Of a stretch of 64,000 nt of DNA, positions 20,140 through 32,668 are shown one piece after another. The stretch covers positions 32,001 through 96,000 of IMG/VR virus record IMGVR_UViG_3300045125_000085; one strand, written 5' to 3'. The position numbers were made by a program, and so were the translations under genes. The stretch comes from a virus. The notes beneath the pieces are model-generated. The model worked only from the letters and a program-made list of their open reading frames with translations, was not told where the DNA came from and searched no databases. Positions within the stretch are counted from its first letter, which is position 1, and every line of letters begins with the position of its first letter.

Positions 20140-22221
20140 ATGGCATCTATATATCTCATCAATGCCGCACCCATGGTGCAGCAACTGGGTACTCGGGATT
20201 TGAGTACCGTCCAGGTCCCACGTGAGCCCGAACAATATGCGCAGCATTTACCGAAATGCTTTCTGTTTGCCCAATCAGGACCGTTGACGCCTCAACTCGT
20301 ATCCGGTGCTGAAGCAGAACGCATGTACGGTACCAAGACGTTTGATCTGCGTAGCAAATTCGCTACTCATCAAACCGTCTTTACCAAGCTCATGTTTGCA
20401 GAAGATAACAACGTCATGGTCCAACGTGTCATCTCTGATGATGCGGGTCCTGAAGCGAATGTTTTGCTGTCCTTAGACGTACTGCCGACTAAAGTCGATT
20501 TGTACGAACGTGATCCGTCTGGCTTGATCAAGCTGGATGCGATGGGTGCACCGATTAAGAAAGGGACTGCAGATGGCTTTAAAGTCATGTGGGTCACTAG
20601 CCATATCAGCAATAAAGCTAATATCGGTAACTTCGGTCAAGCCGCAGTAGTCGCTGGCTCACAGACTGATCCAGTCTCAGGTGCTCAGTCACAGCGCTAT
20701 CCTATCTTTGAATTTAAAGCTTCATTCTTAGGTGAATCTGGCAATGACGGTGGTCTGCGTATCTGGGCTCCTACGCTCGATACTGAAGCCAATATGCCGA
20801 CTGCCATGATGGCTAAGGAACGTGCTTATCCTTATTATGTCAGTATGATCCGTAGGCCGGATTCGTCCAGCTCACCGAAAGTCGTGCAGACCCAGATGGG
20901 TGATCAGTACGTCTCAGTAGTGCTGAAAGAAGGCGTGATCGATCCGATTACTGATCGTGAAATGTTCATGGGCGATATCCTGCTGAACAACTATCAGAAC
21001 GTCACTGATCCTGCTTATCCGAAAGTATTCGGTGACTTCAGCACGATGGCGATCTATGAAGAAAACCTGGCTGAGCTTGCTGGAACAGTTCCATGCGGCT
21101 GAAACGCCGTATATCGATCTGTTCTCAGACTTCACTAGCGATATTGGCAGACATCCATCTGTTCAACATCATTTCAGGCGTATCTAGCCAGAACGTACCT
21201 TACCATACTTTCCAGTTGGTAGATGGTGCTGGTAGCATTCGTCCGACTCAGTTCTCTAACATCTTTGCAGCTGGTGGCAGCGATGGCACCATCAGCAATG
21301 CCGTGTTAGGTGACTTAGTCAAGAACTACATGCTGGGCTACTTAGATCCGAATAGCGAACTGCAAGAACTGGCTCTGAACATCGAATCCATTATCTACGA
21401 TACTGGCTTCCCGTTACAGACTAAGTATGCCCTGGCTAATATCATCGGTCTGCGTAAAGATACCTTCGTAGTATTGGGTACTTACGATGTCGATGGTCCG
21501 GTCATGACGCAGTCAGAAGAACATTCTGTCGCTGTAGCGCTGCGTACTCGTCTGCAGATGTTCCCTGAATCTGATTACTTCGGTACGCCGGTCATGCGTG
21601 GCATGATCGTAGGTCGCAGTGGTACTTTACGGAATAGCCAGTATAAAGGCAGACTGCCGTTGACGTTTGAAGTAGGTATCAAAGCTGCACGCTACATGGG
21701 TGCTGGTGATGGTCGCTGGAAGAACGGTCGTAACTTTGATGGTGCGCCTGGATCAGTCGTAGAAAACATGACTGATATCTCGATCACTTGGGTGCCGACG
21801 ACTGTACGTAACAAGAATTGGAGCGTAGGTCTGAACTGGGTACAAGCGTTTGATCGTCGTAGCTTCTTCTTCCCTGCGTTGAAGACTGTATACAACGATG
21901 ATATGTCTGTACTGAACAGCTTCATTACGGCTATGGCTATCTGTACTTTGAACAAGGTCACTGCAGCCGCATGGCGTCAGTTCTCTGGCGTATCTGGTAT
22001 CAGCAATGGCTTGTTGATTGATCGCACTAATGCTTTCATTAAGTCACAGACCCAGGGTCGTTTTGATGAGTCGCTTTGTGATTGAACCGGCTGCCTTCTT
22101 CACCGATACCGATGTACTGAATGGCTTTAGCTGGACAGTCCCAGTCAAGATCTATGCTAACAACATGAAGACTGTAATGACTTCTTATGTTGAAGCTTAT
22201 CGTGCCGGTGGTACGGCTTAA
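20140..22221 (+). CDS. Tail sheath protein (phiKZ gp29-like), two indels
   Basis: INAAP..GTRDLS start, SIIYDTGFPLQTK, FPESDYFGTP, KIYANNMKT C-terminus; about 690 codons. Confidence 0.88.
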
Positions 22222-22241
22222 CCCTTACCGGAGTATAAATT

Positions 22242-23299
22242 ATGTCACGTATAACTAATGCCATTATTGGCCAATACATCGAGCATGGGCTCAATGGCAC
22301 GACCGCACCCATGTTGGACTTCTCCTACGGCGGTCAGCATGGCTATTCACCTAATCTAGTCGAATGGGTTTCTAACCAAGCCTATATTCGTCGTAACCTG
22401 ATTTGCATTCTGTTAGAAGCACCAGGTTTCTTTCAATTAATGCAGGATCCTACTGTCTGGGTACGTTCTTTGAAATCATTTGGTAGAGTTACATGCTCGT
22501 ACTATCGAAGGTTTTAATGCAGCTCTGACATGTAGAATTCGCCGAACATCCGGTCGGTGGCGCCGGTGAACTCCAGCAAGAAGTCACTGATGTCAAGCGG
22601 GCTCGTACTGAACCAGTATTTGGCTTTGTCGAAAAATACGGTCGCCCTATTCAGACTTTCTTAGAAATGTGGATACGCTACGGCATGATGGATCCGGATG
22701 CTAAGATCGCACTGGCTGGTACTTTAACAGGTACTGGTACTACTGCTACCAGAGGCACTTATACAGGGCAAAACGGCAGGTACTTTATCTGCAGTTAATG
22801 GACGCCCCAGCTGATATTCTGGCAGATTGGTCTACTATGACTTGTTTGTTTATTGAGCCTGATAACTTACATCGTCGCGTAGTGAAGGCTTGGGTCACGA
22901 CGAACATGATGCCTAAGGAAACAGGACCAATCGAAGGCAAACGTGATTTGACCTCAGCTTCTGAATTGCTAGAACTGTCTATTCCGTTTACCGGTATCAG
23001 TCAGTATGGCTTAGGTGTAAACAAATTAGCCCAAGCTATTTTAAATAACATCAACGTCACTAATGCGGTACCGTTCCTGCACAAGGCATTTATTAACACC
23101 GCTGATAGTAACGTAGCTAGTTTGAGCTACAACTTACGCTGCTGATAATTATACTGCCACGTATACTGCAGTAGATAATCGCGGTTACTTCAACAATGCT
23201 GAAAATAATGCCGGTGTGAGAGTCAGTGGTGAGAAGTCAGTTGATGCCACTACACCCGATGCCACTACACCTGACGCCACTACACTCCTCCTAACTTAA
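22242..23299 (+). CDS. Tail tube protein (phiKZ gp30-like), frameshifted
   Basis: GGQHG..EWVSNQAYIRRNLICILLEAP and FIEPD..AWVTTNMMP motifs; directly after sheath; end approximate. Confidence 0.82.
23243..23287 (+). repeat. 3x15-bp repeat (DATTP)
   Basis: GATGCCACTACACCC / GATGCCACTACACCT / GACGCCACTACACTC. Confidence 0.85.
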
Positions 23300-23458
23300 T
23301 AATATCTAATATTTTCTAAAGCCCTGGCCGGTAAAGCCAGGGCTTTATGCCGCGTAGCTGAAAAAAGAAAGACGGCATAAAGGGTGCAGCTTTCGCCACA
23401 CCCTAGTGAGCTAGAGGATTATCTTAAGGAAAACGCCAAGTGTAACATTGCATTCATG

Positions 23459-23758
23459 TTATCCATCCTTACTTTGTCTATAGACCGATAGACGCATAAG
23501 AGCTTCTCCCAGTCGATTTGTTTGAGCGGGCTGTCTGTCAAAGATGATATTGCCGTTGTCTCTTACCTCGATGACGACTTCGCCATCTTCACGTTTCTCC
23601 ACGATGATCTCCATGCCGTCCTTAGCATAGACGACGAGATTCTGAATCTCATCGTCACCGGTCGCCAGCCGAGCTAACTCAGCGATTGTAGTTTCTGGGA
23701 CATCCATCACGTTCCAGTCGTCCAAAACCAAATCGGTAGTGAGCGTAACTTTGCTCAT
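23459..23758 (-). CDS. Hypothetical acidic protein
   Basis: 99-aa ORF, GAGGT RBS, flanked by hairpins. Confidence 0.65.
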   Translation of the reverse strand: MSKVTLTTDLVLDDWNVMDVPETTIAELARLATGDDEIQNLVVYAKDGMEIIVEKREDGEVVIEVRDNGNIIFDRQPAQTNRLGEALMRLSVYRQSKDG

Positions 23759-23834
23759 TTATATTTACCTCGTTAGTATTGTAGAGCATATAGCCTACTG
23801 CACTAGATGTACAGTAGGCTATGCATGATTAGCT

Positions 23835-24307
23835 TTAAGCTTTTGCCAGTTCTTCCATCTGGCTAGAAATCAGATCACGTACTGACTTCAGTTGACCTGC
23901 GTTCTTACCGGCTCTAGTTTCAAACGTGGTGCTGATCACACCGTGCTTGGTGACTTCAGCACCGTCACCAGCCAGTCTATTCGGGTAAGTGCGGCTACGA
24001 TCCCAAGTATGAGAGATCGTGTCCTTATGGCCGCCACGCAGGCTCAGGCTCGCATTAGCGAACCCAGCTATCCGACTGTGCTGCCTGATTAGCCATCTGA
24101 CCAAAGAGCATGTGCTGACGCTGCTACGAAGTCAGCATCGTAGTTCTTGATCACTTCTACCGTTTCAGGCTTTACACCTTCCGGTAAGTTAGCGTCGTAC
24201 AGACTAGTCTCACTCTTTTCCTTAGCTACTCCAGTCTTGGTATCCAAATCCAAGCCTTCCATAATCTTGGTGCTCAAAGAAAGTACGCTGTCAGTAATCT
24301 TGCTCAT
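23835..24307 (-). CDS. Conserved phiKZ-like hypothetical protein, one indel
   Basis: MSKITDSVL start with GAGGAG RBS; YDANLPEGV motif; continues in ORF 23835-24104. Confidence 0.7.
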
Positions 24308-24507
24308 GGTTTTATCTCCTCTTACGGGATTAGCGGTGGTGTAGTTAAGATCCATACAGTGTCCACCGATCACACTGCTAGATTCAAAGCATACGGTGCA
24401 AACCTTATTTTTACACCGAGCAGGTAAGCTCATTAGTACTATATGAGCCTGAAAACATTTGCAAACGGCATAGACGCTAGACGGATAGTCCGTCTAGCGT
24501 CTTATGC

Positions 24508-25299
24508 TCACCAGCTTTTATACTTCGGTGCTTTCTTGCTATCCATAGCTTGGACTATTTGCCGTAAGTCCGCATACACATCCTGGTGCTCCATAGCCCA
24601 CTGACCCGTAGGACGTGAGATCAGTTGTTCTAACTGATGCCTAGTAATGACCTGATCGTAGAGCGGATCTAGTATCGGTACTTCAGTCGGTTGTTTAGCT
24701 TCTAATGCAGGAGCATCCCACTGATTAGCGATACTGATACCGGGCTCATTGACCCAATCAAACGTCTGGATAAAGACTAGCGTACGATGATTGACTCTAC
24801 CGACTCTAGTATCTCTAGTCAAAGCTCTGATAGAGAAGCAGACGTTCTCATTCGGATTACTTAAAGCAGCTTCTAAGGCAGGGCCTTTAGCTCCAGATGG
24901 CTTTAATTTAGCCATGATAGGTACGATGCCAGGATTAGTACTCGTACCTACACCAGGCTTATAGTCAGGATCGAGCCAGATCTCTTTAAAATGTACACAG
25001 ACATTAGGCTCGTCTATGCTACAGACTCTATCCATAAAGGCAGTAGCTGACATACCTGGAGTAGGTTTAGGATGCCCTACCTCACCTTTCAGACAGCCAT
25101 TCTGGATCCTACGCATAAAGCTACTAGACGATTCAAACAACTGTTTAGCGCCATCTAAGACGTAGAACTCCCCAGCTGAGTTAAATGCATTTAACCCACC
25201 GACTATCATCGTCCTATAGCCATCGGCATCAGGGACGATCACACCCTGCTTGCCCTTACTGCTTAACTTAGTAGCAGTGAATTTAATTAAGCTCGCCAT
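24508..25299 (-). CDS. Prohead maturation serine protease (phiKZ gp175-like)
   Basis: GGLNAFNSAGEFY, LKGEVGHP (His), CFSIRA (Ser), TFDWVNEPGI; 263 aa; synteny. Confidence 0.88.
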   Translation of the reverse strand: MASLIKFTATKLSSKGKQGVIVPDADGYRTMIVGGLNAFNSAGEFYVLDGAKQLFESSSSFMRRIQNGCLKGEVGHPKPTPGMSATAFMDRVCSIDEPNVCVHFKEIWLDPDYKPGVGTSTNPGIVPIMAKLKPSGAKGPALEAALSNPNENVCFSIRALTRDTRVGRVNHRTLVFIQTFDWVNEPGISIANQWDAPALEAKQPTEVPILDPLYDQVITRHQLEQLISRPTGQWAMEHQDVYADLRQIVQAMDSKKAPKYKSW

Positions 25300-25329
25300 G
25301 ATTCGACTCCACTAGGCTCTGATGAGCTG

Positions 25330-26045
25330 TTAAGCTCGTATGAGCTGTTCTAAATGCTGGACTTCATCTGTAGGAGTGACCAGCGCCGAGACCACCCCGT
25401 GTTGAAAATAGTTTCCTGCGAGTTTATTCAGCGTATTAGTCGCTGCATAAAACACACTTTTAAACGGTATATAGGCCGGTGGCTTGACAGGCGCTTTAGG
25501 ATCGTCTGGTAAGCTATTACGATAATACTGGATCCTGTCAGCACTATTACGTGCGATCATAGAGGCTAAGAGTTCGATCGTCTCTAAAGAACTACTGACA
25601 TCACTGCCAGCAAATGTCTTAGCCGTATCGAACAAATAGCCTACATCCGGATAGTCCATAAACCAAGGTATCTTGCCTTGAAACATCAGCTCATCAATTA
25701 CATCGAAGATATGCGTATTGCTCTTAATCACATCAGTAGATTGGATCACTACGCTATTAGCTGCAAAATGAAACTCAATATAAGGCACTTCGCCTATCTT
25801 TATTTTCAGCAGCTTAAACGGATTGATCTTCAGCATAGAGTGACAGTTCGATACAGCATACGTATCGTCTTCGAGTAAGATCGCATAGATCGCGTAGATA
25901 TACGTATCGATGCCTACCTCGGCTAATCCTCTTCCACATAGCGCTCAGGGATTTGGATCCGGCACGGTACCGTCGTGGTGACTGCACCGGACGGCATCGT
26001 CTTAAGACAGGCTTTGACCGCTTCGGGATCACGACGACGGGCCAT
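25330..26045 (-). CDS. phiKZ gp176-like protein, frameshifted
   Basis: MARRRDPEAV start at 26045 joins ORF 25330-25836 (GKIPWFMDY, NTLNKLAGNYF). Confidence 0.65.
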
Positions 26046-26048
26046 GGC

Positions 26049-27538
26049 TTACCCTTAGTCAAAGTCAGCTGATCGGCTACGTAGTCCGTGACGTAGTTGA
26101 TCGTGGCGAGTAGAGCAGCTTCACGTACATCGATCTCTGGATTGACAGCAGCAGCTTGCTGGATATCCATCAGGATCGCTTCAGCTTGAGTATAGTAGAA
26201 ACGACTACGACAGATTAGCTTAAGCGCAGCTGTATCCAGACATTGCATGCTATCGGCTTTCAACGCTTTCAGTTCGTTTTCAAACTTACTGCGAATGATG
26301 TCGAAGTAATGCGGAGTCTTGTCGATGAAGCTCTTTTCACCTTCCATGATGCCACCTAAACCAGCTTCAAACTGCACTCTCAGTATGTCTTTAAACATAT
26401 CGAAGCTACGATTGTTTTCAGCAGCATTATGGAACAAGACGTAAGTATGCCATCTTTGCTTGAGTTCATTGACTTCTTCATCTATAGCTATTTTGTTAAA
26501 CAGCCGCTTACCTGAGAGCAATAAACCAAACAAGATTTCAGGACTACCACCAGCTTCTAACCAATTGCGATACGGCGTGCCGTAGACTCTGATCAGCTTA
26601 CGTGACGACAGAGGTGTCGACTACTATAGTCTGGTTTTGGTCATAAAGACCTATACGCCGGATAGACTCATCGAGCAGACCACCACCGAAGTCACGCCAT
26701 TCGGCGCAGCGTGATTGGTAACCCGCTAAGTTTAGGCCACTGCTAGTCGCATCGACTTCGTCATACAGGCGACGTGACCACAGATAAATCGCCATACCCA
26801 TATCAGCTCTATCGAACGGATTCATGCCAAGGACTTCATCCGCAGTAAAGAAGCCACATGGGTAGGTGCGACTATATCTCTACTGCGAAAGAAACTAGCC
26901 CATACTTTCTGAAACCACTCATTGCCTTTACGGCTATGCCATCCAGTAATCAATCCATCCAGATCAGCTTCACCTAACTGTAATAAAGCTAATAGCTCGT
27001 CATCTGACTTTTCACCTAAAGGCAAATTATCAGAAGGTTTAATAGCCGCTTTACCTTTATAAGGTTTCAAGCTTTCAGTAAAGCTCATCTCCTGGAGCAT
27101 CTCCGGGATATCGACTACTTCTACTGTAAACTGACTAGCAGCACTCGGCGGTACGGCAGCCTGCAGTCTTTCTCTTACGCCTTGAGCATATTCGACGACT
27201 ATAGGTTTGACGACATTCTTAGCGAAACCGATATGCTTCTGTACGGCTTTAATGATAGTATCCAGCACATTGTCCTGGAACTGATCATGCAAGGTAGCGC
27301 TATCTAAGCTACCGCCACTCATAGCTTCTATATCTTCAGCAAAGCTCGCATACTGCTGATTTTCTTCTTGCAGATCTATAGGTGTAGCAAAGTCTAAAGC
27401 ATTCGCCTGTAAGCTACCGTATGCCAAGCGATCTAGTTCACTTAAGACCGTACCAGGTAAAGCACTGACGATCAGCCCTTTGTCCGCATACGCTTCTGCG
27501 ATACCGACGCCAGCTAATAAGTTGTTTGAATGTATCAT
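26049..27538 (-). CDS. phiKZ gp177-like protein, frameshifted
   Basis: Consecutive fragments 26822-27538, 26598-26825 and part of 25814-26533; synteny; end approximate. Confidence 0.6.
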
Positions 27539-27553
27539 GCGCTATACCTTAAA

Positions 27554-27793
27554 TTAACGATAGTGGACGGTTTGCTGCTGCTGGGCATATTTGGCTTCTA
27601 ATGCCTGACGGATCCTAGCCATAGCTAAGGTCTGTAAGGTATCGGTCGTCAGCCGTGAGCCGTTGATGCTATTAGCGATATCATTACCAGCGATCGCTTT
27701 GATGACGTGGACGACGATCTCACCGGCATTGCCTAATGTGACCATGGATTTACGAATGCGCCGGATACGTACCGGTGTGACGGATATACTCAT
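27554..27793 (-). CDS. Small hypothetical protein
   Basis: 79-aa ORF, GAGGT RBS. Confidence 0.6.
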   Translation of the reverse strand: MSISVTPVRIRRIRKSMVTLGNAGEIVVHVIKAIAGNDIANSINGSRLTTDTLQTLAMARIRQALEAKYAQQQQTVHYR

Positions 27794-27816
27794 AAAGACC
27801 TCTATGTAAAAAGTGC

Positions 27817-30800
27817 CTACTGGCCCCTGTATAAAGCGACGGCTTTTTGGCTGATGACTTTTAATAAGGTCGCTGTACTTCCTATTATTAAAGGAGAGGT
27901 AGCGACACGTGCTGTGATCGAGCGATAGCTGAAGATGGCATCGATGGTAGTACCGGACTCTGTCGTGACTGGATAAGCCATGACTTCACCGAAAGTGGTT
28001 TTCATCTGATTGGCAAAGACGCCCTTGTCGCCTACGCCTGCACCATTCACTACGGTGATGTAGATTTGGATCTCAGCTTTATTAAGAGCCAAGGGCGTAC
28101 CTTCGACTCTATACTCGCTATTGACCCGTCCAGTGACTACTGGTTGGTTTAAAGCTTTACAGCGTTCTGCTAAGCGTTTATCACTCGCATCAGCTATAGA
28201 CTTTAAGCTAGCGGACATATCCGCTTTATCCCCGTGGTAATAGACTTCGATACGATCTATACTGCCTTGGACTTTAGCTCTAGGTGCATGATTAGACAGC
28301 TTCTGTAGCGTCTGTAGAGTCTCTTCATCAAACAGACCGGCTTCATTCGTGACGGCATCTTCGATGATGAGCAGTGTATCCATAGGCCCGACTTAGCGCT
28401 ATCTAGCTTGACCATATTCCTGAATCGCCTGGTCAAACTCGACTATGTAGCTTTTCACTTTAGTCGTCTTAGATTGCAGCTTGTCAGATAAGGCTTTACT
28501 GATACTGATGAGTCTTCAAAGGTCTGACTGACTTCCATCAAAGCAGTCGTCACGGTGAGTCCTGACTTCCAAGTAATCGTGCTAGGATCCAAGTAATCAG
28601 GTTCAAAGAAGCCTTCATTATACGCTAAGACTTCGACTCTTCTTAAACGTATCACCGGGCTTCAGTCTGACTGACCATGTCGTGCGGATACGTAGTGCCT
28701 TCTGAACTGACCGTACTGGCGACCTAACTGCAACATGGACTTTCTGTCCCGACTTCAGCTCTGAGTACTAAAGCTTTCTCATCCTTACTGATGACCTTAC
28801 CATCATCAGTCGCTACATAACCAAACATCCCACCCATGCGTTTCGCTAATACGGGCTCATAGCCAGTGCGCACATAAGGCTGATGATAGCCATTACACGA
28901 GACAGTATGACCATGCTGGATACCTACCATCATCAGACGCGTAGAGCTATCTCTGATCTGACCCAGGTGCTAACAATATTCTGTGAACTAAATAGGCTCG
29001 GTCACTCCATCGTTCTTAGGTTGATACGTCGTATCGACCATACCGCGTAGATTAGTCATCCTAGGATTAGCTGATAAGTAAGTATTTAGACCTACATCAC
29101 CACTATCGCTAGTCGCTTCAGAGGTAGTGCCGACTTCAGAGGCATGATACGCACGAGCTTTCTTACCTACGGCATCTTTACTCTGTCCACCAAAGCCACT
29201 CACGGTGATAGCTTCCTTCTCTTTTAGGATACATCAGCGGATTGATATCAGCTGGTGGTTTTACTGCGCGTATCGTTTTGTGAGCTGACATTCTTCCATA
29301 CGGCATATGGATTCATTTCTAGCTGTGGTCTACTACGTAAGTTACGGTTCTTATACTCTCACGTACTGACATCGCTAACTCTTTATAAATAGCACCTGCC
29401 ACACGCTCATAACTACGGATCCGCTTTTTTAAGCTCATGTCCTGTAAGTCTGGATGATAATCGACTAGCAATAACTCAGCCGCTCGATATAACAAGCCTT
29501 GGAATGTCACTGGCTCTTTCATCTCTTTCAAGACTTCTAGCGTAATCGGATCTACGAATAACTGATCTAGCAAAGGTAACTCACGGACATAACGCGCACC
29601 TACACCAGCATACTCGAATACGTTTAAGTAGACATTACGCTGGTTAAAGCTTCTCTAAAGTAAGTCTTGATGCTCTTTTCATAGACCTGAAAGCCACTAC
29701 AGTACTAAAGTCGCTAAAGCATGCTTACGTGAGAAGATCAGGCTTTGATCCTTAAATACTAAAGCCCATTCATCGGGTGCTAATAGTACTCGCTTATTCG
29801 CTTCTATGACTTTAGGCTTGACGTTCAGTAAAGCCATCAAGCGATCTAGTCCTAAGAAGTAACCTAACACTAAGCCTAAAGGTATACTTCTTAGTAAACA
29901 GCTTAAACTCAATGTAGTCTAAAGGTGCTTTCAATGGGTTAAGCTGAAACACTGTAAATAAGTCACCGAGTAACTGAGCACCTCACCATGGTGGTGATAG
30001 ACCATGAGCTCATTATCCTTAGTCATGACGATAGGCTCTTCTTTACTCGTCATACCGACTAAGCGTCTACCATCTTGCTCTACGCTAGCGATTAAAGCAG
30101 GGTCGAATAAAGTTTCACGCTGCTTATGGTCGAAGGTAAAGTAATCGCCGTTGACTCTGACGCTCTTGATATATCTAGCCATCCCGCTATAGGCTCTCGG
30201 TGCTTCAAACAAGTTATCAAACACATCAGCCGGACCGATATCTTTAATAATGCCGTCAGGATTCGTCATACCCTTGAGTGATGAGCTGACGAGCTATCCA
30301 GTCGTAAAGATCATACGCCTTCTTCTCACTGCGCTGTATGAACAACTTACCATAATAGCTCGACAACACTATAGTCCTATCGTCGATTTTTCTAATTGGT
30401 AAATCGACTTTCTGCCTACGAGCTCTATACTTGATACCACCTGACGTAAACTCGCCTTCTTCGTTAATGACCGGTATCCTGAAGTTGAGTACGCTGACAT
30501 TACCGTCTATAGGCTTGATCTTGACACGATGCTGCTCATAAGCACCCATGGCATCACTGACTACTTCTATATCGTGGTTTTGTATCACGACCCCAGCTTT
30601 CTGAATATGGCTGACTGCATTGACGATATCCTTTTGCAGAAACTTACCGCCTATGTACTTTTTATCTAAGACCTGTACAGTAGATTGCAGCATGGTCTTA
30701 TCGACTACACCTGCGTATCAGGCAGCGTGATCTCTTCTGGCTTGATCTTTAAAGCTTCAGTATCAATGACGGTAAAGTCATTGATTTTACTACCGCTCCC

Positions 30801-32086
30801 ATAGGGCTCTTCAGATTCACCATACGCCATCGCAGTACGCATCAAAGAGCGATAATCTGCAGCACTCATTAACCCATACTCAGCCTGCTCTTCTATCTGT
30901 GCTTTTAATTGCTCCAGTACCGGAAACTCTTGATGGATTTCCTCTAATAGCTTCTTGTGGTTCTCTGCTAAGGTAGTCTCATCATCGCCTTTAGCTAATT
31001 CCTTATGTCCGGTACCGCTAGATAGCTTTTGTTCGATCGCTCGTTTCTCAATCGTCTCTAGTACGGATAAGTCTTTATCTACGGCTTCTTCATCATTGAC
31101 GACAGTCTCCTCATGGATCACGCCAGTAGCTGCTTCCAGCCTGGATACTCGCGTCGACGTTACCCGTACGGATCTCATCGGTATCAGCTACGACTGCTTG
31201 ACCCTGTACCTGCATCAGCATGCGCACCATGTACTTCTGCAACTGCATAGGTTTAAAATGCAGATCAGCCGTATTCCAGTTACTATGGTCTTCAGCTTTA
31301 GCATTCTCAAAGAAGCTATGCCAATAGCCCATGTTGATCACAAACCACTTACCACTATGTTGAAAGATCAAATTGACTTTATTCAGATCTTTAGCTTTCC
31401 AGTCTTGCCACCAGTTAGTACCATTTAGCTGTCCTACCCATTTCCATAACTCTAAGATAAACCACTTCTCAGGCTGATCTAGTATCTTTAAAGTACTACT
31501 CGTGACTGCTTTAGCGTGAGTATTTAAAGTAGACACACTCGGCAATACATCCGGTACGGTTAAAATACGATACTGCTGACGTTCACTACTTTCAGCAACT
31601 ATCTTAGCTTCATCCCACAGCGTCTGCTCTAAGTCAGCCCACCTTTGATATTCGGCTAAAGGGACATCGCTATACTGGTACTGATCGATAGGAAAGTTAT
31701 AGTTCAGCAACAATAAGTGCTGAGGGTTTTCATCCTTTAGTCCATGGCTCTCTCAGGTATTTGAACTCTTTATGCGCATGCTGGTAGTCTTGTACTTGTG
31801 CGATATTGAAACGCTCCATCCGACGACTCATGACGCCTTTCGTCATATGCAACTGACTAGTATGCAACTGCTCCGCATGGTCGATGACGATGCTGCCTTT
31901 AGGTCTACTTTTTAAATAAGGTAAAGAAGCATCAGGTCCTTTTACACTAGTATTATAGTCTAAGAAGTGGAATAAGCTATTCATCGGAAAGTTAAGCTTA
32001 TCCATAGGGAACACACGAGGAAACACGATCTGGTTAGACCGCATGACACCGTACTGTTTATAGAAGGCATTGTAGGTAAGCAACAT
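27817..32086 (-). CDS. Virion RNA polymerase beta-like subunit (phiKZ gp178-like), many indels
   Basis: QKVDLPIRKI, SEATSDSGDVG, GIQHGH..PYVRTGYE, GVGDKGVFANQMKT, IDAIF; about 1420 codons. Confidence 0.88.
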
Positions 32087-32092
32087 AATGGT

Positions 32093-32259
32093 TTATCCGG
32101 TAATGCTGGCTAAGACATATTAATCACATCGGTCTCATGCTTAAAGCTAAAAGTACCATCAGACGCGATGTAGTAATGTCGGCTATTAAGAAAATCTTTG
32201 ACTTCTTGTTGGGCATCAGTAGTGAAACACATAGTCCAACTCAAAGTATCGCCATCGAA
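32093..32259 (-). CDS. Exon 2 of virion RNAP beta'-like subunit
   Basis: Reads FDGDTLSWTMCFTTDAQQEVKDFLNSRHYY...; supplies the FDGD missing from exon 1; one probable indel near the end. Confidence 0.85.
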
Positions 32260-32668
32260 CCCAATGTCCACGTCTATCCTAGACGCCGGTGCGCAATGAC
32301 ACCCGCCCTGAGTTTCTTCAGGGGGCAGACTATCTCATTACCCTCGCCTCTTCTTGTGGAATAGCGGTCGGGTACTTCCCATTTCGACGCACACTCCTAG
32401 TGCTGTCTACGCCTTGCTGAAGGGCTAGTCGTTGAGCCTACCTCATGCCCTTTTGGGGTTTAGAGGCTTCGCTGCGTGGTTGCCCAATCCTAACCATGCC
32501 GTAATACGACAGGGACTTTTTGACCCGTCACGCTCGCCTTTCAGGCCACGTTGTGGGGGGTTAGGCTCTAAGGGTATTCCCGCAATTAGGAAGGCACTCA
32601 TCTCAGTTTACACCGAGAGAGGGACAATAGTAAGAAAATATGCTACATCATATTAAGCTTACTCTAGT
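32260..32668 (-). ncRNA. Group I self-splicing intron (IA-like), 409 nt, no ORF
   Basis: 5' exon ends in U, intron ends in G; P AATTGCGGGAA, Q-like GGCAACCACGCAGC, R GGCTCAACGACTA, S GAGATAGTC; P9 hairpin; splicing restores DCDFDGD. Confidence 0.9.

Noticed and set aside
23786-23824. TAGCCTACTG in this hairpin as another copy of the leader
   Set aside because: Only 10 nt match, there is no GATCT start or CCCTTTCCAG linker, and it has the TATGC-flanked terminator form.
27817-32086. Additional intron or intein in the beta-like subunit
   Set aside because: Total length fits an uninterrupted gp178-like gene, and I saw no group I core or intein motifs in the gaps between ORF fragments.
32137-32656. 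Plus-strand ORFs 32137-32364 and 32432-32656 as genes or a homing endonuclease
   Set aside because: They are antisense to exon 2 and the intron core and show no HNH, GIY-YIG or LAGLIDADG motifs.
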